From NCBI RefSeq assembly GCF_009914755.1, contig NC_060933.1: DNA of 64,000 bases, one strand, 5' to 3'. This DNA comes from the human T2T-CHM13v2.0 reference genome, Homo sapiens. Shown piece by piece: positions 44,927-59,489 of the stretch. Made by a program: the position numbers and the translations under genes. Position 1 is the stretch's first letter; each line of letters opens with the position of its first letter. Below the pieces are notes generated by a model that was not told the DNA's origin, did not search any database, and saw nothing but the letters and a program-made list of their open reading frames with translations.

Positions 44927-45532
44927 AGTTACCAACCATATGACCTGGCACAACTTTCCCAACCTGTGCCCCTTCCTCGCCTACTGGGGGGTAATGAGAT
45001 CAATGCCGTAGCCTGAGCAAGAGCCCAGAACGGGGCTGGGTGGGTGGGCAAACCTCGAGAAACGTGAGCTCGTATGTGAGGCATATGACAGGCCGAACAG
45101 TGTGCCATGTCCGTGGTGCCATGCCCCAGCGTGGCTTTGAGCGCAGTGACTCTCTTAGATTTCTGATTGTAAAGGCCCTGTGTGCTGGGTAAAGAGTTTG
45201 GAGAAATGCAGAAAATTTAAAGAACATGAAGAACTGCCCAGAAATAACAACTGTGAACGTTTTGGAGGCCTCTCGTCCTTTCCTGTGTACCTCGTGGCAC
45301 AGCTACACTGTGCCCTGCCTGGGGTCCCAGAACATGACAGCATCCACTGCCACCCTGACTCATGCCTGTCCTCAGCTGGGCTCCTGCTCCAACCACAACC
45401 CCACTCCCCCCTGAATGACAGCCAGTCTGTCAGGATATTCCTCCTCCGCTCAGGGCAGCCCCACTGCCGAGTCCCCAGCATGCATTGACTTGGGTACTCC
45501 CTACCTTGAGTCAACCATTAGGCCCATCACGC

Positions 45533-45980
45533 TGATGCAGAGCAGGGAGCCCCAAAGTGGGGCTGGGCCCCCAAGGATTCTTTACTTCACCCAGGAGAGA
45601 CTTCAAGGGCAAGCCCCTGGTGGGGTGGGGCTTTATTGACGAGGCAGTGTTGCAGCTCCGTGACTGTCCCTACAGAGCAGGACTACCCCACAGGCAGTGC
45701 GCTGAGAGGAGCAGCTCAGAGCAGTTGTGCAGTCACATCTATATCTACTTTTAATTACAAGCAGATTAAGGGGTGGTTTATGCAGAAATTTCTAGATCCT
45801 GGGGTTATTGCCATGGAAAGAGGAGGTAACGCCCAGGTGTTGCCATGGCAGCGGTCAACTCACACTGGTGGGCGTGTCTTATGGAAAGGTGCTTCCACCC
45901 CATCCCTGTTATAGCTGGTCCTCAATTTGGTCCAGCATCTGAGCCCCGCCTCTGGAGTAGAGTGCCACCTCTCCACTGCA
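45533..45980 (-). mobile_element. Solo ERV1-class LTR (MER66-like)
   Basis: Minus-strand end ...ccctgctctgcatCA, AATAAA (rc of 45632-45637), X-box-like gttgccatggcagc, ggaccaaattgaggac; family name uncertain. Confidence 0.7.
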
Positions 45981-48375
45981 ATGTGGGTGGGGACAGATCC
46001 CCTGGGGCACCTAGCTGAAAGTCACATCCTGCCGGAAGAGCTAAGACCACACCTGTCTGTCTGATTTCTGAAGCTGGGCTCTCATCCCTTGGATCTCTGG
46101 CTCCCTTCTTGTCCTAGAGGCGAAGGGGAAGAGCTAAATATTTCGTGACCTTTAGGCCATACTTGTAGAGGGGTGTGCAGGCGGGAGGAACTGAGGCCAG
46201 GTTCCGACTCTGGCTGGAGGCCTACCCAGGCCCCTGAGGTTTCTCCAGGGTCAACCCCATGGCCCACTGGCAGCTGAGTCACACAGAGTGATTGCTGGTC
46301 ATGCCCTTGATTGAGAACGATGCACTCAGAGCGTCCTCCGCTCATAAATAGCAGGAAGCAAAGTACATTACGAGAGCATATGGTACCTCTAGGCCATTTC
46401 TGCCTCTGGCCCCGTCACTGCCACAGTGGCTGAAACTCATCTTCTGTTCTGACAAGTTTCCCTAGAAACCCATCAATTTATAGTGTCTGTAGCTGGCCTT
46501 TTGGAGGCCCCAGACCAAACTGTGTTAGAAAACAACAGCAACAACAAAACTCCTATTTCTCCAAATGGCCCTGGAAGATGCACCGGCTGTGCCCTCAAGA
46601 CGCTGTGTGTGGGGCATCCGCCTCCCTGGGCGCGTGGAGCTGGCTGATGGCCAGGGTGTAAGGGTGCATACTGGGCAAGGACGGGCTGAGGCAGTTGGCA
46701 AGGTCTGCATCACCTCCACCCATCCGTGGTCCCTGGTCATGAAGGATACGCCCATCCATCCACCTTTCTGAAACTGTTGTCAACGCACTCTGAATTCAGG
46801 AATGCTCTCCTCTCTCTTCCTTCTCCCCTTGGCAGACTCAGGGCGGAAATGGTAGCTGACGTTTTCCCCAAGAGCGAGGACAAGGAATGACCAAAAGATC
46901 ATCATCCCAGGGGCTTTGGGAATGTGGGCCCTGCTGCATTTCCTTCAGCAGAAGGGTTTCTTTCCTTCAGTTTCCATCAGCTTTGAGGGAGGACAAAGGT
47001 CCCTTTTGCTAACTGATCTCTGTCTCACCCTCTGCAAACCCATCCTATAGGCTGCAGTCATGGCCCCACTTGGGAGTCCGCCTCCTTTCTCTCACTCCTG
47101 ACTTCCCAAAACTCTGGCTGGTTGTGTGCTCCAGGGAACTTTCTAGGGTGATGGCAATATGCCATAATTTGGAGTTTTAGGGTGGTAGTTACGTGGGTGC
47201 CTACAATTGTTAAAATTTACTAAATTAAGATCTGTGCATCATATTGTGTTAAATTGTATCTCAAACAGAAAAGGACGAGAGTGCACCTTGTGGAGGGCAA
47301 ATCTGTGCCGCACCCCCCAGCCCCGCCGGTGCTCTGGGGTTGGCCTCAGCTCATGCCCTGCAAGTCCTCGCCTGCAGACGCAGCTTGCTTTGCTCAGCAC
47401 GCTCATGCGTGTATGCCACGGGTCAGTTGAGATCTGGACCATGGGTAGGTACAGAATCTTTCTTGGTTATTGTGATGGTTTTAACAGCTTTGTTGAGCTG
47501 TAATCTGCCTACTATCGAATTTCCCCATTTAAAATACACAACTCAATGCTTTTTAGTAACTGTCTCCACGAGCTGTGCAACCATCAGCACAGTCTAATGT
47601 GAGAACATTTTCATTGTCCCTTCCCAAAGAAGGCCTGTATTAATTAGCAGTCATTCCCCGATCCCTCACCTCCTCTAGGTCTTACCTGACCCCAGGCCAG
47701 CACCAATCTCCTGTCTGTCTCTATGAATTTGCTGATTCTGGACATTTTGTATAAATGGAATCAGACAACGGATGCTCTTAGTGACTGGCTTCTCCACTTG
47801 GCAGAATGTGTTCAAGCCTCTTCCATGTTGCAGCACACAATTGTACTTCATCCTTTTTTGTTGCTGCATAATACTCCATGGTTGCTGAATACTATTCCAT
47901 GGTATTACTTGTCAGTTGGTAGACATTTGGGTTGTTTCTACTTTTTGGCTGTTAAGATCTAATGCTGCTATGAAATTCATGTACAAGTTTTTATGTGAAC
48001 ATGTTTCCAGTTTTTGTGAGCATATACCTAGGGGTGCAATTGCTGGGTCATATGGTAACTGAATAATTAATCTTTTGATGAACTGCCAGGCTGTTTTCAA
48101 ATCAACTGCATGATTTTACATCCCACCAGCAGCATATGAAAGTTCCAATTTCTCTACATCCTTGCCAACACTTGTTATTATCTGTCTTCATGACTACAGC
48201 CATGCTAATGGATGTGAAGTGGTATCTTACTGTGATTTTGATTTGCATTTCCCTGATGGCTAATGCAGCTGAGCATCTTTTCATGTGCTTATTGGCCAGT
48301 TGTGTATCTTCTTTGGAGAAATGTCTATTCAAGTCTTTTGCCCCTTTTTAAAAAATTGAGTTCTCTGTCTTTTAA

Positions 48376-48725
<350 letters not shown>

Positions 48726-48990
48726 TGTGAGTTCTTTATTCTAGATACAAGTCACTTATCAGATGGATGATATATAACGATTTTCTCCCATTTTGTCAGT
48801 TGTCTTTTTAATTTATTGTGTCTTGAAGCACAAAAGCTTTTAATTTTAATGAAGTCTAATTCATCTGTCTTTTCTTTTGTTCCTTGAGCTTTTGATTTCA
48901 TATCTAAGAAGCTGTTGAGTAACACAAGGTCACAAAGATTTATGCCTGTTTTTTTCTAAGAGCTTTTATAGTTTTAGCTCTTACATTTAA

Positions 48991-49317
<327 letters not shown>

Positions 49318-52070
49318 TGATTCATTTGAATTAGTTTTTTATATGTGGATAATTTTTGAATATGCATATGGATATTCTGTTATTCCAACGCCATTTGTTG
49401 AAAAGGCTATTTTTCCCTATTGAATGGTCTTGGCACCCTTATCAAAAATCAATAGGCCATAGATGTGAGGGTTTATTGGTTTATTTCTGGACTCTCAGTT
49501 CTATTCCATTGATCCATATGTCTATTCTTATGCCAATAAACACTATCTTTATTGTTGCCTTATAGTGGGTTTTGAAATCAGGAAGTCTGAGTCCTTCAAC
49601 TTTGTTCTATTCAAGAATATTTTGGCTGCTCTGGATCTCTTGAGTTTCTGTACTAATTTTATGATCAGCTTCTTTATTTCTACCAAAAAAGTCAGGCAGA
49701 ATTTCGATAGGGATTACACCAAATCTGTAGGTAAATGTGGGGGCGTACCACCATCTTAACAACAGCAAGTCATGCCCTTCAAGAATGTGGGATATCTTTG
49801 TGTTTATCTAGGTCTTTAAACATTTCTGTTAACAACCTTTTGTAGCTTTCAGTGTGCAAGCCTTGGGCTTCTTTTGTTAAATTTATCCCTAGGTATATAT
49901 GCAATTATAAGTGGAAATTTCTTTAAATTTCATTTTTGGCTTTTTCATCACAAGTGTGTAGAAATAAAATTGATTTTTGTATATTAATCTTGTATCCTGC
50001 CACATTGCCGAACTTGTTTATTTGTTCTAAGAGTATTTTTCATGGATTTCTTAGGAAGATCATTTCATTTGCAAATTGAGATTGTTTTTCCTTTCCTATG
50101 TGGATATCTTTTCTTTTTCCTGACTAGGTTTTGCTAGAACCCTATTGTTGAATAGAAGTGGGGAGAAGGGACATCCTCGTCATGTTTCTGATCAGAGGTA
50201 GAAAGCTTTTTCAGTCCTTCTGAATTAAGTATGAAGTTAGCTGTGGGCATCACGAGCACTCTGAGTATTTTTAGACGGTGCCAAAGCAAAGCCCTCCTCC
50301 GTTCTCAGCAGACCCGTGAACAGCCATGAACCCCAGTGTCCTTTGCTTTCTCTTGTTCCTTCATGCTCGCCTTCCACCCTCCTCTGTGCTGACCCCTCCA
50401 GGCTGCAAATAAAACCCACCAGCTGCTTCCTATGCTACTGTCAATGCATCAGCTAAAGTTGGAATCTCAGCACCAAACCCGAGCCCTTTGTGCCTAAGGC
50501 CCCGTGGCACAATAACCTCCAACACAGTCGTTAGGGTGAGACCTTAGGAGTGAACAACCCCTATGCAAATGCCCAAAAATGTATTCAGATGTCACCTATG
50601 TTTGTACCTGTAGCTGTCACAAATCGTTTAGAAGTGTGCCATTGGGTGGACGGCTGGATGGATGAAGATAGGGGACGATTTCTGATTTAACAACCACCAA
50701 GTGTCAGGAGAGAGAAACACAGTCTGCGAGTAGCACTGACTCTGGCAGAGATTTTATAACAATTCATGCAAAGATTATTTATTCAATAAATATTTATTGA
50801 GCTCCTATTATGCACTTGGCACTGGGGAAAAACAATGAAGAAGACATAGAAATCCTGTCCTCTGGCACCTAAGCCTGGTGGGTTCAGGGAGATGCATTTG
50901 GTTGCCCTGCCAGGGCCTGGGCTTGAGGAGGCCAAGCCATCTCTCCTAGTCATCTGAGCCAGAACTTGGCAAACTTCTCCCCAGCTGAGTGAGTGTGTCC
51001 AGAAGACTTGCATTACCAGGGACCCCACCATGCAGCCATGGCTTAGAGTGCCCTGGAGTCTGAGTTCAGGTCCCGCAGTTCAGAGCAGAGGGAAGGCAGC
51101 TGGCAGAGTAAGGAAGTAAGGAGAATCCATGCTCACCCTTGTCTCCCACTATGTGACCTTGGGCCTGGGGCTGGCATGGCAGGTGCTACAGCCAGACAAT
51201 AGAGGCTCCAAACCCAAGTTTCTGTCACTGTGGGAGCTACCATGTCAGAGGAAGGTGATGATTAATGCACAAATATGTATTTTCTCCATCAGTCTGGTCT
51301 TTAACCAGTCTCTAGATTCATAATACCCTATCCAGGACAGGGTTTTCAGATGGAGCATCAATAATGCAGGTGCACACACAAATTATGAATGAGTTTGATC
51401 CTGGAGCAGTGATAAGTGAGACTTTCTTGGAAGGCAGGGCTCAGCTGACAGCTGTGGGCCCTGCAGTGACTCCTATCTACACTCTGGAGGGCTCCGGAAA
51501 CCTCTAGCTCTGCGCCCCCTCCTCTGATGCAGTCCACATTGCAGAATGGCAGGCTCTCCTGTCCCTCTGGCTCAGCTTGTCCCAGCTTGGCCAGTCAGCC
51601 AGGGGCTACCGGGTGCTTCTGTGCCATGGTAGCATCTCTCCTCCCCTTGGCCTTTGCTGTGGAAGGAGCTACCTGGAGGAGATTGTGGCCTGGGCCAGGG
51701 ACATCTGTGCCATCACCCTGGCAGGAGGTGAGGAGGCAGTAAAAGGGCAGCCCAGACTGGCAAGAGAGGGGCTGCCCACTTCGGGGGCATCACACCTACA
51801 GGAGGCATGTCCTCCAGCACGTGGTCTTCACGCTGCCCCCCGACTTGGACCTCCTTTTAAACTGTACCACACTGGGAAGTCCTTCACCACGGTGGGGCTC
51901 ACCCTCACCACTGGTCCATGGCAAGGTGGAATAATACTTCCTGAGCTCCTTTTCCCCTCCAACAACTTCAGAGAATGAACAAGAAAGAGTCTAGAAGATG
52001 CAGCTGGAGGTGCCATTTTTCCTGGCATGGTGTTAAAAATTTTAAATGGGGCTGCAGTAGCCTTTCCATC

Positions 52071-52966
52071 TGTGTGTGTCTCTAGCTGTGTGTTTATCTG
52101 TTCACGTGTGTTGTGTGTATGTGTGTGTCTCTGTGCACGTGTGTCTCTGGGTTTCTAGGTATGTATGTCCATGTGTATTCACGTGTGTGCATGTGTTTCT
52201 GTGTATTTGTGTGCATATGTATGTGTCGATGTGTGTGTGTATGTGTGTGTCTCTGTGCACGTGTGTCTCTGGGTTTCTAGGTATGTATGTCCATGTGTAT
52301 TCATGTGTGTGCATGTGTTTCTGTGTATTTGTGTGCATATGTATGTGTCGATGTGTGTGTGTATGTGTGTGTCTATGTCCCTGTGTGTGTCTGTGTCTAT
52401 TTCTGTGTATGTGTCTGTGTGTGTATCTGTGTCTGCATCTCTTTGTGTGTGTGTATCTCTCTGTATGTGTCTGTGTATATCTGTGTGTGTATCTCTGTGT
52501 GTATTTCGGTGTCCGTGTGCATGTGTGTCTGTGTGTGTTTCTGTGTGTGTCTGCATGTGTATCTCTGTTTGTATGTGTATTTCTGCGTGTCTATGTGTGT
52601 ATCTCTGTGTGTATTTGTGTGTATTTCTGTGTGTCTGTGTGCATGTGTGTCTGTGTGTCTTTCTGTGTGTGTCTGTGTCATGTTTGTGTGCATTTGTGTC
52701 TGTGTGTATTTCTGTGTGTGTTTGTGTCTGTGTGAATGTGTGTCTGTGTGCATTTGTGTCTGTGTGCATTTGTGTCTGTGTGTATTTCTGTGTGTCTGTG
52801 TGCATTTATGTCTGCGTGTATTACTGTGTGTGTCTGTGTCTATGTCATGTTTGTGTGCATTTGTGTCTGTATTTCTCTGTGTGTTTGTGTCTGTGTCATG
52901 TGTGTGTGCATTTGTGTCTGTGTGTATTTCTGTGTGTGTCTGTGTGTGTTTGTGCATGTGCACACA
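52071..52966 (+). repeat. TG-rich degenerate array with an internal 122-bp tandem duplication
   Basis: (TG)n-derived; ctgtgcacgtgtgtctctgggtttctagg begins at both 52131 and 52253. Confidence 0.96.
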
Positions 52967-53221
52967 TGGGTGCTCCAGCCACCGAGCCCAGCCCTCGGGG
53001 CACAGAACCCTCTGGGCACAGGGGCTTGGTCTCTGCTTCCGAAACGGCACCGCCAATGTCTGTGAGTTTCGTGGGTGTCCCTGTGTGATCCCCTCACTGG
53101 AAAGTCTGGCTGGCTACAGACATTGCTGCTATTCTCCTGGCAACTGCTGCAAACCACAAAGAGCTTCTTTCTTATCCTTTGGGAGCAGGGGAACAAGGCT
53201 TCACTATAAGGGGATTAGGTT

Positions 53222-54930
53222 TGTATTAGGCTTTGATCAGAGAGGCAGAACCACCAGGAAATGTGGCTGAGGGATTTACTGTAGGATTTGCCCATGTTTG
53301 ATAAGTCAAAGAAGGCTCTTGCTTCTGTGCCTGGTGTGGCAGCCTAGGGTCAGAAGAGCAGGTGGTGGGGCAGGAGAGCTGCATGTCAGGTTGGGCAGCA
53401 GGAGCGCCCTGGAAACTGCCGGGTCGGATGTCCTCTGCAAGGCAGTCTCCCTGTTGCTGTCCCCAGCTTTAATTCTGGGATCCCACAGGAGAAGATGGGG
53501 CCCTTCATCAGGTGCTAAATGTCACACCTGTCCTGGGAGTTAAAGAACTCATGGAAGACTATGGCAGGAACAGGGCTGCTGTGGGTCCCCTGCTGCACAC
53601 TGGCAAGGTGCCTGCCCACAGGTGACAGCATGCAGGGCTGCAACAGCTCCAACCTTCTGGGCACAAAAAGAACATGGCCACTGCTTCCCGCCTTCCCAAT
53701 TCTGCACCATGCCTCTTGGGGCCAAACTGACCAGGGGCTATGTAGGAAAGGGCATTCTGGGCAGTACAGTTCTGCTTGGGTGGGCTGATGCAATAGAAAC
53801 CCACCACGGTCTGCCCCTTGTCAACCTGGCACCATATATGACTCACTTAGACACACTTAATGCCTGAATAAAGACAACAGCAAAATCCTTGCTTATGCCT
53901 AGCATGAAGCATGATCCTCTGAACAACTGAAAACACACTCTGCCCAGAAGAGGATACAAAACCCCTTCCTCCACCCCTGGGTGACATCTCTTCCTCCTAC
54001 AGCTAAGTCTCACACCCTTTCTGATATCCTGTGGCCTAAACGCCAAGTATATTTGTTATCTATTGCTCTATAAAAAATCACCCCAAAATCCAGAGGCCTA
54101 AAACAATAAATGTGCATGATCTCACCTCTTCTGTGGACAAGAGTCTGGGCATCGCTAAACTGGCTGCCTGTGGCTCACAGTTCCTCGCTAGGCCTCAGTG
54201 AAGCTTCCAGCCAAGGCAGTGATCTCATCTGAAGACTGGACTGGGATGGTATCATCTTCCACGCTTGCATGCATGGCTGTTGGTTTGTGTCAGCAGCTTT
54301 CTGCCATGCAGGCCACTCTGTGGGGCTACTCATGATGTGGCAGCCTGCTTCTTTCAGAAAAAGAGCTGCAAAAGAGAGAGAAAGCAAGATACTGCATGCA
54401 AGATGGAAGTCATGGTCTTTTTGTGACTTAACCTCTAATCTTGGAAGTGATAACCCTTCGCTTTTGTTGTATTCTGTCCATTCTTTGGATTGAGGTACTA
54501 TGTCCAGCCCACATTCCAGGGGAGGGGATTACACAGGGCCATAGATACAGAGAGGAGGGGTCATGGGCCCATCTTAGAGGCCGCCCAGCCTGCTGAGAGA
54601 GAAGGTCACTACTATCAATGCAACGTATGTTGGATGCAGAGAAATGGAAGAGGGAGGAGAAGTGTGGTTCACATCTACTGACAGATTCACAGCTAAATAC
54701 GGAATAAGAACTTGTGACTGTTACACCTCATGTCTCTACCTGGTCATGCGGCCATAGCTGTCCCATAACTACCCTCCCTCGTGACTGTCCATAGTCCCTG
54801 TGCCCTAGCAAGGCCCTCGGAGGGTCGTGCTTCCTTGTTTGGTGGGGTGACCCAAATCTTCATTCCCAAAGGATCTGAACGTCTGAAACCTGCTACCATT
54901 TTGGGTCATTGTTGACCATTTCAATGTGGT
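53222..54930 (-). mobile_element. Older ERVL-class relic (pol 3' end, 3' internal region, LTR end) interrupted by an MLT1 LTR
   Basis: Minus strand from 54866 reads GMKIWVTPPNKEARPSEGLA, homologous to the HERV-L pol C-terminus; LTR-like end ...ctgatcaaagcctaataCA at 53222. Confidence 0.65.
54050..54590 (-). mobile_element. MaLR LTR (MLT1F/G-like)
   Basis: ttatctattgct...aaatcaccccaaaa...ctcatctgaag...cagcccacattccaggggagggg. Confidence 0.7.
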
Positions 54931-57900
54931 TCATAATCATCCTGGAGAGAAGGCAGGTGCCTCGGGGCCCAGGTAGTGGGACTTCAGGAGCCTGTGTGCT
55001 GCCCTGGGGCCTCTGGGTAGAGTGTGGCCTGGCCTCAGGTGCCCTGGGGGGTCTTGGAGTTGGGTCAGTAGAGGGTCTGAGTCACAGCCACCCCGTCCTT
55101 CTGGCCCATCCTCCCAAGACCATCTCTGGAAGGTTTTCCCCTGGTGGGTGTCAGATGGGACATCCCTGAGGAAGACCTGGCTCCAGGTGGAGGCGCCCCA
55201 CGCCACCTTGGTTGTGGCGGCTGCCAGTCCTGGCCACAGCCCCAACCCCTATGAGGCACCAGCATCCTCTTTGGTATCCACAGAGGTGGCAGGAATCTGT
55301 CCATCCACACCTTCATCCACTCATTAAGCAAATGCGCGCTGGGGCTGACTTCTCAAACTGTGAAAAAGCCACGTGGGGCTCTGCCGTGGTGGGGCTGCCA
55401 CCCCAGGGGACAGGACAACCCACCCTTGAACACATACTATGTGGGTCCATTTCAAATTGCAACCAAGGCCCTGGACAAAACAAAGCGAGGTGGCTCCAGA
55501 GCATCACTGCCAGGAGGGGCCTCCTTCGATGGGGGCAGCAAGGTGCTCTCCAAGGACCCATGGATGGGCCTGAAGGAAGAGGTCTCAGGAATAAGCAAGC
55601 CACAGACACACCCTGCAGGCAGGAGGAGGACGGCATGAAGGCTGCAGGTGCAGGGCTCTGTGCTCAGCTGGATGGGGCTGAGGGAGGAGACCCATTCAGA
55701 TGCTGGGGCCTGCTGGGTCGAAGGCCAGTCAGCTCCTCTTGCTCTCAGCCAGGCCAACCCTTGAGGGTCTCAGACTTCACTGTTCACCACTCCGCTACAC
55801 ACAGGTAGCCTGTGAAAGTCACTTCTCTAGATCCCCAGGGACGTACATCCCGCAACGCTAGCTTGGGCGGGACCTGAGTGCCAGCTGGGTGGCCAGAGGT
55901 GGGCGAATTTAAGGCAGATGGCAAAGCCATTCCCACCCCAGGGCCACTGGTCGGCACAGCTGGGCACAGCCCACCACCTGCCAGACCTTTCAGAGGGAAT
56001 GCATCTCCCTCCAAGCCAGGTCCCAGCTGGGATCTTCCAGCTGAAGAGGTTTCCTTGGGCAGAAGCGAGAAGCGAATTGGAAGAAAGAGGCCCTGACCCT
56101 CCAGGAGGCTCCATTCTGCCTGTGGCCCTGAAAAAAGAGAGCAGGAAGGAGCAACTCTCACTTCTTCACAGCGACTTTGAGAAGTGGAAGACAGGGGCCG
56201 CTCCCCGGCTACAAACAAGAAGCCGATGGAAACCAACACCGTCCCCTCCAGCCTCATCTCCTCGCTCTTCAGAGTTTGCAGGGAGATGCATCACGAAGGC
56301 CCATGAAGCTGTAAAGATTAGTATTCCAACCCGGGCAGCAGGGTTTTAATTAGTCATTAGGCCCTTTCTGCAGAGCCATGCTGAACAGGCAAGGGCAGGG
56401 TGACCTTTCTCCGCCCAGCACTGTGGCAGCCTGTCTGCTTTGCAGGTGCACTTGGGACTCTGTCAAAACCGCTAAGAGGAGAGGACTGAGGCTGGGCCGG
56501 GAAGGAGGCCCTAGCCTCTCTGTTCCTGGGCATGGCCCCCACCACGGGGGCACTGCAGACCTTTGCTCCCATCTGGCTCTAGCTCACAGCTTGCACCCCT
56601 CATCCACAAGGGACACAGACAGTTGCTCACGTGATGGCTCTCCTAGCAAGCCCACGGGCAACGCCAGGAACAAGCCACCCAGGAGTTGAAGCACTTCCCT
56701 GGTGTGTGTGATGGGAGAGGGGAGGGAGCCGGCTTCCTGCAGCCAGTCCCCGCCGGATTCCAGGAAGGCGAGCGAACCCCTGCGGAAGGTCGGTTCTCAG
56801 CCAGGCATCTGGGACCCCCCTGCCAAGTTGCCCCTTCTTGGGCAAATGTCACCACATACCATAAAATCACAGAGAACCTTCCAGCTTGCCTGCCTTAGAA
56901 GCCAACCCTCCCAACCTCCTGGTTTCTCGAGGACAGTGAGGCCAAGAGCAGCTGCAACCAGGGGCGTGCAGAGGCCGGTGGCTGAGCTGGGGCCAGGACC
57001 CTGGACTATGGCTGTCTATTTACAACCCAAAATAAAACGCTAATTGCCACCAGCACCTGCTGACAAAGATTTCAAATCAGTGTCCTCACGAGGACTTCTC
57101 CTGGGGCTTCCTGCCAAGCTCATGATGTGCTTCTATCCAGTGGGTCAGCAGGCCCCGGTGTCTGAGGGCACAGCATTTCTTTCTGCCACTGCTCCGGATT
57201 ATCTGCCCCAGTCTGGCCCCTCGGCTCCTGCCTCACCCACAGTGCCCCCAGGCCTCCCTCCCGTGGGCTGTTCGGCTCCTGTCTCCCACCTTCTCTCCAC
57301 CTTGGCAGCCGTCCATGGCCACAGGCTTGCACCCGGGTCTTGCACTGAACGTCAACTCAGGTGCGAGGCTTTCCTTCCCAGCTTCACTGCAAACACTGCA
57401 GGCAGGCCTTGGGGTCATCTGGCTCAGCACACCACAGGGACCCCACTAGCTCTTATCCGCTGTATGGGGGTCCCATAGCCATGGGCTGGGCACTTCATAG
57501 GAAATGGACGTCTGTGACCTCCAAGGGGTTACAGACACACCCTCCGAGGGGAGGTGACAGAATGGCTGGAAGTCGCCACCACGATCACAGCCCGGAGCCA
57601 CTGTGGGGACCTTGGTGCGTGTGCCCCGTTCGTGTTGTCACCAGTGCAGGTGCCCTGCACCTCCGCCTCTCAGGAGCAGCCACCCAGCTACAGTCTGAGC
57701 AATTGCACATCTGGCTCACTGCAGTTCCTTGTATGACAGCAAGGACAATGTAACAGGTTTCATGCCTTCTTGTCTGTGCTGTTAGTTCCTGATGCCAAGC
57801 CCTTCCCAGGAGGCTGAGGATCAGGCGGACTCTCAGGCCAGCAGCAGCAAGGTAGGAAGTCCTCCTGCCCCAGATGCCTCCAGCCTGCAGACTTCATAAT

Positions 57901-58220
57901 AAATGGGAGGTTGGCTTTCCCAGCCAAAGCCATAAACTTTAATTGGGCTTTTTAAAGACCACAAAAGCAAATATATGCCCTTAAAGAAACCCTTTGGTAA
58001 CTTGCTCAGAACATAAAGGTGACTATTAGCATGTGCTGATTTGAAATACCAAGAAGAAAATATCTCCCACATCAACATATGCTAGTGTAAGGCATGTCCT
58101 GTTTTGCATAGCTCTCACGGTTCCCCACCCTAACACTAGGGCCCGCCTGTCCTAGAGGGCAGCATGCTTGAAATCAGAAGACTGCATTTGGCCTGGCTCC
58201 ACATGCCCCTTAACATTGTT

Positions 58221-58563
58221 CTTTTTTGTTTTCTTTGAGACAGGGCCTGTCGCCCAGGCTGGAGTGCAGTGGTGTAATCTTGGCTCACCACAACCTCCAC
58301 CTCTCAGCAACCTCCGCCCCCCAGCAACCTCCACCTCCCGGCAAACTCCACCTCCTGGGTTCAAGCCATTCTTGTGTCTCAGCCTCCCGAGTAGCTGGGA
58401 TTATAGGCATACGCCACCACACCCGGCTAGTTTTTGCATTTTTAGTAGAGAGAGAGTTTTGCCATGTTGGCCAGGCTGTTCTCGAACCCCTGACCTCAAG
58501 TGAGCCACCCACCTCGGCCTCCCTAAGTGCTGGGATTACAGCCATGAGTCACCGCGCCCGGCC
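58221..58563 (-). mobile_element. Alu containing a 17-bp x4 internal minisatellite
   Basis: TSD ccttaacattgtt at 58208-58220 and 58567-58579; units caacctccacctc... at 58291-58358. Confidence 0.94.
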
Positions 58564-58863
58564 GCTCCTTAACATTGTTGAGCTCCCCTTTCCTCCTCTG
58601 CGTAATTAGTAAGATCTCTTCCACCTGCCTCATGGGCTGACTGAGGGAACAACCCAGACAGGGATGATCATGACGGTGCTGTTGGCTGACTGTGGGGCTC
58701 GACACTGTGCTCATCACTTTATGCATCTGAGATGGAAATGGTCTCAGCCACAGGCACAGATGGGGAACCCAAGGCAAAGAGAGGTTAAGTAACTTACCCT
58801 TGGTCATGCAGACAGTGGCTGAGCCCGAATTCAGCCCCAGTGTCTTTAACTCCAGGTGTGAGG

Positions 58864-58976
58864 GCAGCGGCTCCAGCACGCGAGGCCCCAGGAGCCAGGC
58901 ACTGCTCACAGCACCAGGCGTGACCGCAGCGGCTCCAGCACGCGGGGCCCCGGGAGCCAGGCACTGCTCGCAGCGC
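58864..58976 (+). repeat. 62-bp GC/CpG-rich tandem duplication
   Basis: gcagcggctccagcacgcgRggccccRggagccaggcactgctcRcagc at 58864 and 58926. Confidence 0.92.
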
Positions 58977-59489
58977 GGGTCGCTCACGTGTTCTTTGGAG
59001 GCAAATCCATGCGGCGTTCACACACACGGACCTTGCAGTTGCTTGCGCCTTTTTTTCTCTCCAACTCATCACAGGGCATGACTTCTCTCCAAGCTGCCTG
59101 AAATAAAATGAATAACTTTTTATGTGAAGTTCTTCGTGCTGAAGAGAACTTGTTCCAAATGGGGAATAATTGGCCTTCCAGGGCTCCATACCGGCAATGA
59201 AGTGAAAGATGCTGACGTTTCAGAGGTGTGGAAATAAAAGGACTAAAAATGGGATTCGGAGCAGCTAATGAGGGCAGATCCGCAGGGTTTGAGAGACAAA
59301 ATGGGGATCGCAGGTGGAAGCTGGCACCGCGGCCAGGGGCAGCCCACGCAGCAGCGAGTGGGGCCGAGGTCGTGGGCGGGTGTCCGGGCCCTCATCACAG
59401 GAACTTGCTGGAACCCCCAGAGGCCCCGGCCTCTGCTGGCTTTGAGGCCTCAGACCTCCCTAGTCCAGCCACGAGCCACCGAGCCCCCT

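Noticed and set aside
52076-53270. 300+ aa Cys/Val-rich ORFs
   Set aside because: Derived from the TG-rich array
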